Of a DNA stretch of 64,000 nucleotides, positions 48,001 to 62,692 are shown piece by piece (positions within the stretch are counted from its first letter, which is position 1; the number at the start of each line of letters is the position of its first letter). The translations under genes were made by a program, and so were the position numbers. The DNA is from Antedon mediterranea (lineage: Eukaryota > Animalia > Echinodermata). The notes beneath the pieces are model-generated. The model was not told where the DNA came from and did no database searches. It saw nothing but the letters and a program-made list of their open reading frames with translations. Where the stretch lies: positions 15,934,001 through 15,998,000 of the forward strand of contig NC_092671.1 of NCBI RefSeq assembly GCF_964355755.1, given 5' to 3'.

Positions 48001-51000
48001 AAAGTAGCAATAAAAGAGAAAGAATTTGTAACAAATGGGTTAAAAAATATACTATAAAAATGTATTTCTTATTTTATTTAAAAAATCATGAGTCTCCTCT
48101 CCTTAATTGCCTAAGTCACACAACTGACTTAGGCAGAAACACACAAAAATGATCTGAGCATGTGCAAATGTATATAAAAGCACTCAGATAATGTACAGAG
48201 GGCAGTATAAAGATATAAGCAGTGAGTTAGGCAGATCATAAGTCAGCTCTCCTTAATTGCCTAAATCACACAGCTGACTTCGGCAGAAACACAAAAAATA
48301 TAGTATATTGATAAAAGCAGTGAGTTAGGCAGAAAAAAAAATTATGACTTAGACACTTTTGTTATGAGGCTGTCGATATCATCTATATACAAAAAATGCT
48401 ACCTTTAAGTAACAAAATTTAATAGCATCAGCTCTTCAGATTAAAATTAACACTGATGATTTTAGAAAAGGAAAGTAGCAATAAAAGAGAAAGAATTTGT
48501 AACAAATGGGTTAAAAAATATGCTATAAAAATGTATTTCTTATTTTATTCAAAAAATCATGAGTCTCCTCTCCTTAATTGCCTAAGTCACACAGCTGACT
48601 TAGGCAGAAACACAAAAAAACGATCTGAGCATGTGCAAATGTATATAAAAGCACTCAGATAATGTAGAGAGGGCAGTATAAAGATATAAGCAGTGAGTTA
48701 GGCAGATCATAAGTCAGCTCTCCTTAATTGCCTAAGTCACACAGCTGACTAAGGCAGAAACACAAAAAATATAGTATATTGATATAAGCAGTGAGTTAGG
48801 CAGATCATAAGTCAGCTCTCCTTAATTGCCTAAGTCACACAGCTGACTTGGGCAGAAACACAACATATATAGTATATTGATATAAGCAGTGAGTTAGTCA
48901 GAAAAAAAAATTATGACTTAGACACTTTTGTTATGAGGCTGTCGATATCATCTATATACAAAAAATGCTACCTTTAAGTAACAAAATTTAATAGCATTAG
49001 CTCTTCAGATTAAAATTAATACTGATGATTTTAAAAAAGGAAAGTAGCAATAAAAGAGAAAGAATTTGTAACAAATGGGTTAAAAAATATACTATAAAAA
49101 TGTATTTCTTATTTTATTTAAAAAATCATGAGTCTCCTCTCCTTAATTGCCTAAATCACACAACTGACTTAGGCAGAAACACACAAAAATGATCTGAGCA
49201 TGTGCAAATGTATATAAAAGCACTCAGATAATGTACAGAGGGCAGTATAAAGATATAAGCAGTGAGTTAGGCAGATCATAAGTCAGCTCTCCTTAATTGC
49301 CTAAGTCACACAGCTGACTTAGGCAGAAACACAAAAAATATAGTATATTGATAAAAGCAGTGAGTTAGGCAGAAAAAAAAATTATGACTTAGACACTTTT
49401 GTTATTAGGCTGTCGATATCATCTATATACAAAAAATGCTACCTTTAAGTAACAAAATTTAATAGCATCAGCTCTTCAGATTAAAATTAACACTGATGAT
49501 TTTAGAAAAAGAAAGTAGCAATAAAAGAGAAAGAATTTGTAACAAATGGGTTAAAAAATATACTATAAAAATGTATTTCTTATTTTATTTAAAAAAGCAT
49601 GAGTCTCCTCTCCTTAATTGCCTAAGTCACACAGCTGACTTAGGCAGAAACAAAAAAAAAACGATCTGAGCATGTGCAAATGTATATAAAAGCACTCAGA
49701 TAATGTAGAGAGGGCAGTATAAAGATATAAGCAGTGAGTTAGGCAGACTATAAGTCAGCTCTCCTTAATTGCCTAAGTCACACAGCTGACTTAGGCAGAA
49801 ACACAACAAATATAGTATATTGATATAAGCAGTGAGTTAGGCAGATCATAAGTCAGCTCTCCTTAATTGCCTAAGTCACACAGCTGAATTGGGCAGAAAC
49901 ACAACATATATAGTATATTGATATAGGCAGTGAGTTAGGCAGAAAAAAAAATTATGACTTAGACACTTTTGTTCTGAGGCTGTCGATATCATCTATATAC
50001 AAAAAATGCTACCTTTAAGTAACAAAATTTAATAGCATTAGCTCTTCAGATTAAAATTAACACTGATGATTTTAGAAAAGGAAAGTAGCAATAAAAGAGA
50101 AAGAATTTGTAACAAATGGGTTAAAAAATATGCTATAAAAATGTATTTCTTATTTTATTTAAAAAATCATGAGTCTCCTCTCCTTAATTGCCTAAGTCAC
50201 ACAGCTGATTTAGGCAGAAACACAAAAAAGCGATCTGAGCATGTGCAAATGTATATAAAAGCACTCAGATAATGTAGAGAGGGCAGTATAAAGGTATAAG
50301 CAGTGAGTTAGGCAGATCATAAGTCAGCTCTCCTTAATTGCCTAAGTCACACAGCTGACTAAGGCAGAAACACAAAAAATATAGTATATTGATATAAGCA
50401 GTGAGTTAGGCAGATCATAAGTCAGCTCTCCTTAATTGCCTAAGTCACACAGCTGACTTGGGCAGAAACACAACATATATAGTATATTGATATAAGCAGT
50501 GAGTTAGTCAGAAAAAAAAATTATGACTTAGACACTTTTGTTATGAGGCTGTCGATATCATCTATATACAAAAAATGCTACCTTTAAGTAACAAAATTTA
50601 ATAGCATTAGCTCTTCAGATTAAAATTAATACTGATGATTTTAAAAAAGGAAAGTAGCAATAAAAGAGAAAGAATTTGTAACAAATGGGTTAAAAAATAT
50701 ACTATAAAAATGTATTTCTTATTTTATTTAAAAAATCATGAGTCTCCTCTCCTTAATTGCCTAAATCACACAACTGACTTAGGCAGAAACACACAAAAAT
50801 GATCTGAGCATGTGCAAATGTATATAAAAGCACTCAGATAATGTACAGAGGGCAGTATAAAGATATAAGCAGTGAGTTAGGCAGATCATAAGTCAGCTCT
50901 CCTTAATTGCCTAAGTCACATAGCTGACTTAGGCAGAAACACAAAAAATATAGTATATTGATAAAAGCAGTGAGTTAGGCAGGAAAAAAAATTATGACTT

Positions 51001-54000
51001 AGACACTTTTGTTATTAGGCTGTCGATATCATCTATATACAAAAAATGCTACCTTTAAGTAACAAAATTTAATAGCATCAGCTCTTCAGATTAAAATTAA
51101 CACTGATGATTTTAGAAAAGGAAAGTAGCAATAAAAGAGAAAGAATTTGTAACAAATGGGTTAAAAAATATACTATAAAAATGTATTTCTTATTTTATTT
51201 AAAAAAGCATGAGTCTCCTCTCCTTAATTGCCTAAGTCACACAGCTGACTTAGGCAGAAACAAAAAAAAAACGATCTGAGCATGTGCAAATGTATATAAA
51301 AGCACTCAGATAATGTAGAGAGGGCAGTATAAAGATATAAGCAGTGAGTTAGGCAGACCATAAGTCAGCTCTCCTTAATTGCCTAAGTCACACAGCTGAC
51401 TTAGGCAGAAACACAACAAATATAGTATATTGATATAAGCAGTGAGTTAGGCAGATCATAAGTCAGCTCTCCTTAATTGCCTAAGTCACACAGCTGAATT
51501 GGGCAGAAACACAACATATATAGTATATTGATATAGGCAGTGAGTTAGGCAGAAAAAAAAATTATGACTTAGACACTTTTGTTCTGAGGCTGTCGATATC
51601 ATCTATATACAAAAAATGCTACCTTTAAGTAACAAAATTTAATAGCATTAGCTCTTCAGATTAAAATTAACACTGATGATTTTAGAAAAGGAAAGTAGCA
51701 ATAAAAGAGAAAGAATTTGTAACAAATGGGTTAAAAAATATGCTATAAAAATGTATTTCTTATTTTATTTAAAAAATCATGAGTCTCCTCTCCTTAATTG
51801 CCTAAGTCACACAGCTGATTTAGGCAGAAACACAAAAAAACGATCTGAGCATGTGCAAATGTATATAAAAGCACTCAGATAATGTAGAGAGGGCAGTATA
51901 AAGGTATAAGCAGTGAGTTAGGCAGATCATAAGTCAGCTCTCCTTAATTGCCTAAGTCACACAGCTGACTAAGGCAGAAACACAAAAAATATAGTATATT
52001 GATATAAGCAGTGAGTTAGGCAGATCATAAGTCAGCTCTCCTTAATTGCCTAAGTCACACAGCTGACTTGGGCAGAAACACAACATATATAGTATATTGA
52101 TATAAGCAGTGAGTTAGTCAGAAAAAAAAATTATGACTTAGACACTTTTGTTATGAGGCTGTCGATATCATCTATATACAAAAAATGCTACCTTTAAGTA
52201 ACAAAATTTAATAGCATTAGCTCTTCAGATTAAAATTAATACTGATGATTTTAAAAAAGGAAAGTAGCAATAAAAGAGAAAGAATTTGTAACAAATGGGT
52301 TAAAAAATATACTATAAAAATGTATTTCTTATTTTATTTAAAAAATCATGAGTCTCCTCTCCTTAATTGCCTAAATCACACAACTGACTTAGGCAGAAAC
52401 ACACAAAAATGATCTGAGCATGTGCAAATGTATATAAAAGCACTCAGATAATGTACAGAGGGCAGTATAAAGATATAAGCAGTGAGTTAGGCAGATCATA
52501 AGTCAGCTCTCCTTAATTGCCTAAGTCACATAGCTGACTTAGGCAGAAACACAAAAAATATAGTATATTGATAAAAGCAGTGAGTTAGGCAGGAAAAAAA
52601 ATTATGACTTAGACACTTTTGTTATTAGGCTGTCGATATCATCTATATACAAAAAATGCTACCTTTAAGTAACAAAATTTAATAGCATCAGCTCTTCAGA
52701 TTAAAATTAACACTGATGATTTTAGAAAAGGAAAGTAGCAATAAAAGAGAAAGAATTTGTAACAAATGGGTTAAAAAATATACTATAAAAATGTATTTCT
52801 TATTTTATTTAAAAAAGCATGAGTCTCCTCTCCTTAATTGCCTAAGTCACACAGCTGACTTAGGCAGAAACAAAAAAAAAACGATCTGAGCATGTGCAAA
52901 TGTATATAAAAGCACTCAGATAATGTAGAGAGGGCAGTATAAAGATATAAGCAGTGAGTTAGGCAGACCATAAGTCAGCTCTCCTTAATTGCCTAAGTCA
53001 CACAGCTGACTTAGGCAGAAACACAACAAATATAGTATATTGATATAAGCAGTGAGTTAGGCAGATCATAAGTCAGCTCTCCTTAATTGCCTAAGTCACA
53101 CAGCTGAATTGGGCAGAAACACAACATATATAGTATATTGATATAGGCAGTGAGTTAGGCAGAAAAAAAAATTATGACTTAGACACTTTTGTTCTGAGGC
53201 TGTCGATATCATCTATATACAAAAAATGCTACCTTTAAGTAACAAAATTTAATAGCATTAGCTCTTCAGATTAAAATTAACACTGATGATTTTAGAAAAG
53301 GAAAGTAGCAATAAAAGAGAAAGAATTTGTAACAAATGGGTTAAAAAATATGCTATAAAAATGTATTTCTTATTTTATTTAAAAAATCATGAGTCTCCTC
53401 TCCTTAATTGCCTAAGTCACACAGCTGATTTAGGCAGAAACACAAAAAAACGATCTGAGCATGTGCAAATGTATATAAAAGCACTCAGATAATGTAGAGA
53501 GGGCAGTATAAAGATATAAGCAGTGAGTTAGGCAGATCATAAGTCAGCTCTCCTTAATTGCCTAAGTCACACAGCTGACTAAGGCAGAAACACAAAAAAT
53601 ATAGTATATTGATATAAGCAGTGAGTTAGGCAGATCATAAGTCAGCTCTCCTTAATTGCCTAAGTCACACAGCTGAATTGGGCAGAAACACAACATATAT
53701 AGTATATTGATATAGGCAGTGAGTTAGGCAGAAAAAAAAATTATGACTTAGACACTTTTGTTCTGAGGCTGTCGATATCATCTATATACAAAAAATGCTA
53801 CCTTTAAGTAACAAAATTTAATAGCATTAGCTCTTCAGATTAAAATTAACACTGATGATTTTAGAAAAGGAAAGTAGCAATAAAAGAGAAAGAATTTGTA
53901 ACAAATGGGTTAAAAAATATGCTATAAAAATGTATTTCTTATTTTATTTAAAAAATCATGAGTCTCCTCTCCTTAATTGCCTAAGTCACACAGCTGATTT

Positions 54001-57000
54001 AGGCAGAAACACAAAAAAACGATCTGAGCATGTGCAAATGTATATAAAAGCACTCAGATAATGTAGAGAGGGCAGTATAAAGATATAAGCAGTGAGTTAG
54101 GCAGATCATAAGTCAGCTCTCCTTAATTGCCTAAGTCACACAGCTGACTAAGGCAGAAACACAAAAAATATAGTATATTGATATAAGCAGTGAGTTAGGC
54201 AGATCATAAGTCAGCTCTCCTTAATTGCCTAAGTCACACAGCTGACTTGGGCAGAAACACAACATATATAGTATATTGATATAAGCAGTGAGTTAGTCAG
54301 AAAAAAAAATTATGACTTAGACACTTTTGTTATGAGGCTGTCGATATCATCTATATACAAAAAATGCTACCTTTAAGTAACAAAATTTAATAGCATTAGC
54401 TCTTCAGATTAAAATTAATACTGATGATTTTAAAAAAGGAAAGTAGCAATAAAAGAGAAAGAATTTGTAACAAATGGGTTAAAAAATATACTATAAAAAT
54501 GTATTTCTTATTTTATTTAAAAAATCATGAGTCTCCTCTCCTTAATTGCCTAAATCACACAACTGACTTAGGCAGAAACACACAAAAATGATCTGAGCAT
54601 GTGCAAATGTATATAAAAGCACTCAGATAATGTACAGAGGGCAGTATAAAGATATAAGCAGTGAGTTAGGCAGATCATAAGTCAGCTCTCCTTAATTGCC
54701 TAAGTCACATAGCTGACTTAGGCAGAAACACAAAAAATATAGTATATTGATAAAAGCAGTGAGTTAGGCAGGAAAAAAAATTATGACTTAGACACTTTTG
54801 TTATTAGGCTGTCGATATCATCTATATACAAAAAATGCTACCTTTAAGTAACAAAATTTAATAGCATCAGCTCTTCAGATTAAAATTAACACTGATGATT
54901 TTAGAAAAGGAAAGTAGCAATAAAAGAGAAAGAATTTGTAACAAATGGGTTAAAAAATATACTATAAAAATGTATTTCTTATTTTATTTCAAAAAGCATG
55001 AGTCTCCTCTCCTTAATTGCCTAAGTCACACAGCTGACTTAGGCAGAAACACAAAAAAAAAAACGATCTGAGCATGTGCAAATGTATATAAAAGCACTCA
55101 GATAATGTAGAGAGGGCAGTATAAAGATATAAGCAGTGAGTTAGGCAGACCATAAGTCAGCTCTCCTTAATTGCCTAAGTCACACAGCTGACTTAGGCAG
55201 AAACACAACAAATATAGTATATTGATATAAGCAGTGAGTTAGGCAGATCATAAGTCAGCTCTCCTTAATTGCCTAAGTCACACAGCTGAATTGGGCAGAA
55301 ACACAACATATATAGTATATTGATATAGGCAGTGAGTTAGGCAGAAAAAAAAATTATGACTTAGACACTTTTGTTCTGAGGCTGTCGATATCATCTATAT
55401 ACAAAAAATGCTACCTTTAAGTAACAAAATTTAATAGCATTAGCTCTTCAGATTAAAATTAATACTGATGATTTTAAAAAAGGAAAGTAGCAATAAAAGA
55501 GAAAGAATTTGTAACAAATGGGTTAAAAAATATACTATAAAAATGTATTTCTTATTTTATTTAAAAAATCATGAGTCTCCTCTCCTTAATTGCCTAAGTC
55601 ACACAACTGACTTAGGCAGAAACACACAAAAATGATCTGAGCATGTGCAAATGTATATAAAAGCACTCAGATAATGTACAGAGGGCAGTATAAAGATATA
55701 AGCAGTGAGTTAGGCAGATCATAAGTCAGCTCTCCTTAATTGCCTAAATCACACAGCTGACTTCGGCAGAAACACAAAAAATATAGTATATTGATAAAAG
55801 CAGTGAGTTAGGCAGAAAAAAAAATTATGACTTAGACACTTTTGTTATGAGGCTGTCGATATCATCTATATACAAAAAATGCTACCTTTAAGTAACAAAA
55901 TTTAATAGCATCAGCTCTTCAGATTTAAATTAACACTGATGATTTTAGAAAAGGAAAGTAGCAATAAAAGAGAAAGAATGTGTAACAAATGGGTTAAAAA
56001 TATACTATAAAAATGTATTTCTTATTTTATTTAAAAAATCATGAGTCTCCTCTCTTTAATTGCCTAAGTCACACAGCTGACTTAGGCAGAAACACAAAAA
56101 AATGACCTGAGCATGTGCAAATGTATATAAAAGCACTTAGATAATGTACAGAAGGCAGTATAAAGATATAAGCAGTGAGTTAGGCAGATCATAAGTCAGC
56201 TCTCCTTAATTGCCTAAGTCACACAGCTGACTTAGGCAGAAACACAAAAAATATAGTATATTGATAAAAGCAGTGAGTTAGGGAGAAAAAAAAAATTATG
56301 ACTTAGACACTTTTGTTATGAGGCTGTCGATATCATCTATATACAAAAAATGCTACCTTTAAGTAACAAAATTTAATAGCATTAGCTCTTCAGATTAAAA
56401 TTAACACTGATGATTTTAGAAAAGGAAAGTAGCAATAAAAGAGAAAGAATTTGTAACAAATGGGTTAAAAAATATGCTATAAAAATGTATTTCTTATTTT
56501 ATTTAAAAAATCATGAGTCTCCTCTCTTTAATTGCCTAAGTCACACAGCTGACTAAGGCAGAAACACAAAAAATATAGTATATTGATATAAGCAGTGAGT
56601 TAGGCAGATCATAAGTCAGCTCTCCTTAATTGCCTAAGTCACACAGCTGACTTGGGCAGAAACACAACATATATAGTATATTGATATAAGCAGTGAGTTA
56701 GTCAGAAAAAATAATTATGACTTAGACACTTTTGTTATGAGGCAGTCGATATCATCTATATACAAAAAATGCTACCTTTAAGTAACAAAATTTAATAGCA
56801 TTAGCTCTTCAGATTAAAATTAATACTGATGATTTTAAAAAAGGAAAGTAGCAATAAAAGAGAAAGAATTTGTAACAAATGGGTTAAAAAATATACTATA
56901 AAAATGTATTTCTTATTTTATTTAAAAAATCATGAGTCTCCTCTCCTTAATTGCCTAAATCACACAACTGACTTAGGCAAAAACACACAAAAATGATCTG

Positions 57001-58691
57001 AGCATGTGCAAATGTATATAAAAGCACTCAGATAATGTACAGAGGGCAGTATAAAGATATAAGCAGTGAGTTAGGCAGATCATAAGTCAGCTCTCCTTAA
57101 TTGCCTAAGTCACACAGCTGACTTAGGCAGAAACACAAAAAATATAGTATATTGATAAAAGCAGTGAGTTAGGCAGGAAAAAAAATTATGACTTAGACAC
57201 TTTTGTTATTAGGCTGTCGATATCATCTATATACAAAAAATGCTACCTTTAAGTAACAAAATTTAATAGCATCAGCTCTTCAGATTAAAATTAACACTGA
57301 TGATTTTAGAAAAGGAAAGTAGCAATAAAAGAGAAAGAATTTGTAACAAATGGGTTAAAAAATATACTATAAAAATGTATTTCTTATTTTATTTAAAAAA
57401 GCATGAGTCTCCTCTCCTTAATTGCCTAAGTCACACAGCTGACTTAGGCAGAAACACAAAAAAAAAACAATCTGAGCATGTGCAAATGTATATAAAAGCA
57501 CTCAGATAATGTAGAGAGGGCAGTATAAAGATATAAGCAGTGAGTTAGGCAGACCATAAGTCAGCTCTCCTTAATTGCCTAAGTCACACAGCTGACTTGG
57601 GCAGAAACACAACAAATATAGTATATTGATATAAGCAGTGAGTCAGGCAGAAAAAAAAAATTATGACTTAGACACTTTTGTTATGAGGCTCTCGATATCA
57701 TCTATATACAAAAAATGCTACCTTTAAGTAACAAAATTTAATAGCATTAGCTCTTCAGATTAAAATTAACACTGATGATTTTAGAAAAGGAAAGTAGCAA
57801 TAAAAGAGAAAGAATTTGTAACAAATGGGTTAAAAAATATACTATAAAAATGTATTTCTTATTTTATTTAAAAAATCATGAGTCTCCTCTCCTTAATTGC
57901 CTAAGTCACACAGCTGACTTAGGCAGAAAAACAAAACAAATATTATGACTTAGACACTTTTGTTATGAGGCTGTCGATATCATCTATATACAAAAACTGC
58001 TACCTTTAAGTAACAAAATTTAATAGCATTAGCTCTTCAGATTAAAACTAATACTGATGATTTTAGAAAACGAAAGTAGCAATAAAAGAGAAAGAATTTG
58101 TAACAAATGGGTTAAAAAATATACTATAAAAATGTATTTCTTATTTTATTTAAAAAATCATGAGTCTCCTCTCCTTAATTGCCTAAGTCACACAGCTGAC
58201 TTTGGCAGAAACACAAAAAAACCATCTGAGCATGTGCAAATGTATATAAAAGCACCCAGATAATGTACAGAGGGCAGTATAAAGATATAAGCAGTGAGTT
58301 AGGCAGATCATAAGTCAGCTCTACTTAATTGCCTAAGTCACACATCTGACTTAGGCAGAAACACAAAAAATATAGTATATTGATATAAGCAGTGAGTTAG
58401 GCAGATCATAAGTCAGCTCTCCTTAATTGCCTAAGTCACACAGCTGACTTAGGCAGAAACACAAAAAATATAGTATATTGATATAAGCAGTGAGTTAGGC
58501 AGATCATAAGTCAGCTCTCCTTAATTGCCTAAGTCACACAGCTGACTTAGGCAGAAACACAAAAAATATAGTATATTGATATAAGCAGTGAGTTAGGCAG
58601 ATCATAAGTCAGCTCTCCTTAATTGCCTAAGTCACACAGCTGACTTGGGCAGAAACACAAAAAATATAGTATATTGATATAAGCAGTGAGT
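39045..58691 (+). repeat. Satellite array: 471/569-572-bp monomers with 98-bp subrepeats; 1610-bp and 7482-bp higher-order repeats
   Basis: Monomer starts at 39931, 40503, 40974, 41543, 42014, 42584 and so on. ORF-track offsets are 1610 (42584/44194/45804) and 7482 (39931/47413, 40974/48456, 46373/53855). Confidence 0.97.
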
Positions 58692-61600
58692 GAGCGCTTA
58701 AAATTGCCTGAAATGTACTCTTATTTCATCGAAAATAAATTTTGAAAATTTTAAGCGTGCGTACGCATGCGTTACATGCGCTACGCACGTAATTGTATTG
58801 CCATATGATGATTTATGCCCTGAAATTTATGATTACCAAATTTTATTTAATTGTGATTCATGGTTCTGAAGATATGATTACAAACGTGATTTCGTTAAAT
58901 CGTGCGTAGACCGCGTAATTTTTGTATTGCGCACCGTGAAAACATAACCACATCGATTCCTGGCCATAAGGAATATACTGTGAAAAATTGACTTATAGTG
59001 TAGGCCACTATGTAATTTCGTGTCATTTTTTTGTTAAAAGCAAAATTCCAGCTGATTTAGTGTCTTTAGGATGTAAAGTAATGAAAAAAATATGTTGCCA
59101 TTTTTTTAAAAAAGCTTAAGGGTGTCAAATTCAAGATGGCCGCCAATACGTAAAATATCCAATAAATGTACCATATTGGACAAAGTAACACCCATTATGA
59201 ATAATATTTTAAGTTCATATGGGTTCTCTGCTATATAAGAATTATTATAAACCTATATTCATTAGTATTCTGACATTTTGAATTTCAAAATGGCCGCCAT
59301 TTTTTAAAAATGGATTAAATTTCTTATTAAAACATGTGCAAGTTATGACGTTGATTGAAATCACATAAAATCAAATAAAACAACATTTTTTTTTTAAATG
59401 GGTTAAATTTCTTATTAAAACTTGTTAAATAAAATTAGATTGAAATATACAAAATGATATGCTTATGACAACAACATGGTGATTAACACAAAATGTTGAC
59501 CATCAGGAGGTCTATAGTACTGACTGTATACTTCTTCATATTAAAACATCTCATAAACTTCTTCAGTTAAATGACAACTAACTCCGCCAAAGTCCTTCAA
59601 TGAAATATTTCTAATCTTGAATGCGATACAGTAAGTTGACCTTCCTTCGTTCTCTACTACTGTATCCATCAAACTTCCACAGACTGATCTCCGTTCCCAA
59701 CAACCTTGTTCAGAAACAAATTGGCAAAATAACTGAAAGACCTCATTTCACCGGCAAATAATCTCTATAGGAGTCTTCTTTTACTTTGATAAGTTTGTCA
59801 CCTGTATTCACCGTCATATATATTTTTTTGCCAAAATTCGTCTTTTTCTTAGGATCCCATATAGACAGTTTGCCTTCTACAAGACTTTTACCAATGCCTC
59901 AAACATTTTCTGTCCAATTTCATCATGCCATGGCCAACAAACACCTTTGTGCGAATTGCAGCATTCTTCATTAACCGGGATATCATCTCTCTTTAAATGT
60001 TAACTAGATTTGCCAGCTCTGATGAAATCATTAATTTGTGTTATTCCAATGATACCATGCTCAATGACCCTGATCAATTGGTGTAAATCCAGCAAGTCCC
60101 ACACATACATGTCCTCTCATATACATACTTAACTTAGAATCTCTTTCTCCGTCTGCATTTGTAGAAGCAAGTTGTAGAGAGAAAGCAGAATTAGTGTGGT
60201 TTTGTCCTTTACAGATGTTTTCCATTTAAGATATTTGTGTCCCGATTTGTGTCACTGGTTGTATAGGTAATACAAGTTCAGTTTCAACAAAAGCACCTGC
60301 CTCAACACTATTCTCACAATGCTACATGTCCAAAAGCCATATAGTTCACCGGGTCGACATACTAATTGCTTTTTGATGTCAGCTCTGTCCACCTCCACTC
60401 ATATTGGGCAAGAGTCATCACCAGGCATTCTTGTCTTTCCCTAGTACATGAGTTTTTATACCACAACCATGTGCACTCATCAACCCAGTGTATAATGCTG
60501 GTCTGTCTGTAGGGGGTACATATCTAATGAAATTGGTTGAGATTGTAGAAGATGAGAAGTAGGAGTTCATTCATTTACAAGGTTATTTATAGGCAGAGGT
60601 GTATCTGTATTTCCTTCAAGCTTCTGCCAAAAGTTGACAGGTTGAAAACTTACCAACCATACTGGTGACTATGGCCCTGAAGGTTCAGACATTGAATTAC
60701 ATAGCAATAACGCATTTATTATTTAACATATTTATACAGGATTTCACAATAAGTTATAAATGCACTTGTTGTATATTGTGGTCCTGTCTCCTGTCAAGTT
60801 TCAGGTTCATGAAAAGAAATGAGATTTGTAATTTAGAATCTATATATAAATTATGGTTAATTCTGACATAGGCGAGCACAATGGAAAAACTTTGGAACAA
60901 ATTTCTGCCTTGGATACCTACCTGAATTATCTCAGGTGTACCACGAAATGTAAAACAGTTTTTACCATTACGATATTGTTCCATATTTCTATCTTAGGAA
61001 TATATTATAAAGAGTTTTTAAACAAAATTTCTGATTCATCGGTAGATTTTCAACTCAATTTCAATTGTACGCGGTCAAAGTAATTTCCAGGTTCACGATG
61101 AGTTCACAGGTTCACCTTGCAACTACCTGGTTTCAGTTAAGTTGGTCGTTAGTGGCTATAGCTATTTTAGTTTTTTGTTTATTTTCGGATCGGACCGCGC
61201 GTGTGAAGGTACAGTAGTTAAAAAATAAAATCCCGATAGCCGAGTTTTATTGAGTAAGCTGGCAGGAATTACTGTAGGCTATCTATGTCCCATTAGGGCC
61301 CATATTGCAAGCAGTCTAAAAACATCTTCCTTCTTGGGCCGAAACGGCCTACACTGTCGCGGAAGTTAGTTTTAAAAGATGTTTAAATGAAATAATGTAT
61401 TATGATGGTATTTATTTGAATAAACGCCTCCCAATAAAACATCACTTTGAATAATAATCGCCTACACCACCCCCCCCCCCCCACCTACCCAACTATCTAA
61501 TAAACGCCCATCTACATTAATTATACACACAATATTGTATATACTATTTATAATAGAATTCATTACACTGTTAACTATAATTTACCAAGCATTTGTTATA

Positions 61601-62692
61601 ATTTTTTACCACTTTTCATATCTATTAGAGGATTTTATTTGATTATAAATGTTACGATATTATTAAAACTAAAAAATTCCTCGAATAAGCTTTTCCCTCA
61701 AATGAACTCTGCCTCCCCACCTCCGCCCTATTAAACAATAAACACTATACTTTAAAATGTTATTAATCATCTAAGACACTGTGAAACAGAGTAGGTTTAG
61801 TTTTTCGAATGTCAAGCATTTTCAATAATGGTAACCGACAGAAAACGTACAAGGAGAACGTCCTTCTAAAACATTTTTACCCGAGTCATTATCCTTCCGA
61901 GAACCTTCGTTTACACTTCCTAGAGGGGAGCGAGCGAACTAGAGGTCTAACCCTCTAGTTAGACGTAATTGATGTTGAATATTTGATATAAATTGTTAAT
62001 TTGTTCCATACTTTTGCAACTTCAACTTTGAACGATTATTTAATTTAATAGTCATAGTGGGGTATTATATATCTGTTATACAGGACATTGACAACTTTAG
62101 CCTTATATTTACAGTTTACAATCCTGTGAGAAGTGACAACAATTTTAGAACATTGTGTACAAACAACAATTTATGCACACATTTAAAAAATATTATTTAA
62201 AGAATTTAATTTTTAGTGGCGGCCATTTTGAAATCCAAGATGGCCGACAGATTATCGCTTTACATAGTTAGGATTGTATAATGGGTACAGTAATACCATC
62301 AAAACGGACTTGTTCCACATTCATAATTTGTATTATTGGTGATATTCTGATTTTTAATAGGGTTATTTGAATGTTGGCGGCCATCTTGAATTTGGTCCTT
62401 TAAAGGTCTTTTGAAAAAATGGCAACATATTTTTTTTCATTCCTTATATTATCAAGATATGAAATAAAGTCAAAGTTTGCTTTTAACAAAAAATATACAC
62501 GACATTCATATAAACGACATACCAGCCTACACTATTAGCTAGATTAAACTGATATCAAGATAAGGTCAGAAAGCGATAAATCGCATAGTGATACCGGACC
62601 GACAGACAGACCGACAGACCGACAGACAGACCAACAGACCGACCGACCGACCGACATAGTGAACTATAGAGTCGCGTCCACGCGACTAAAAA
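58692..62692 (-). mobile_element. Second DINE-like copy (58692-58995 and 62538-62692), split by a nested transposon and truncated by the satellite
   Basis: Reverse complement of ~2718-3175; the sequence resumes exactly after the insertion. Confidence 0.85.
58996..62534. mobile_element. TIR DNA transposon, Academ-like, decayed or non-autonomous
   Basis: TTA|TAGTGTAGGC...GCCTACACTA|TTA. The 3-bp TSD is confirmed against the empty site at ~2870-2880. Imperfect TIRs of ~150 bp carry repeated CAAGATGGCCGCC. TAG termini plus a 3-bp TSD fit Academ. No intact ORF. Confidence 0.7.

Noticed and set aside
39931-58263. Repeated 68-69 aa ORF (MILEKESSNK...)
   Set aside because: It is a by-product of the satellite monomer, broken by frameshifts or stops in many monomers, with no recognisable domain.
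39045-58691. CRISPR-like array (palindromic repeats at regular spacing)
   Set aside because: Intervening sequences are themselves repeated rather than unique spacers, there are no cas genes, and the context is eukaryotic.
2718-62692. Inverted DINE-like copies as termini of one giant 60-kb transposon
   Set aside because: They are copies of a probably abundant dispersed family; there is no flanking TSD and the interior is a heterogeneous mosaic.
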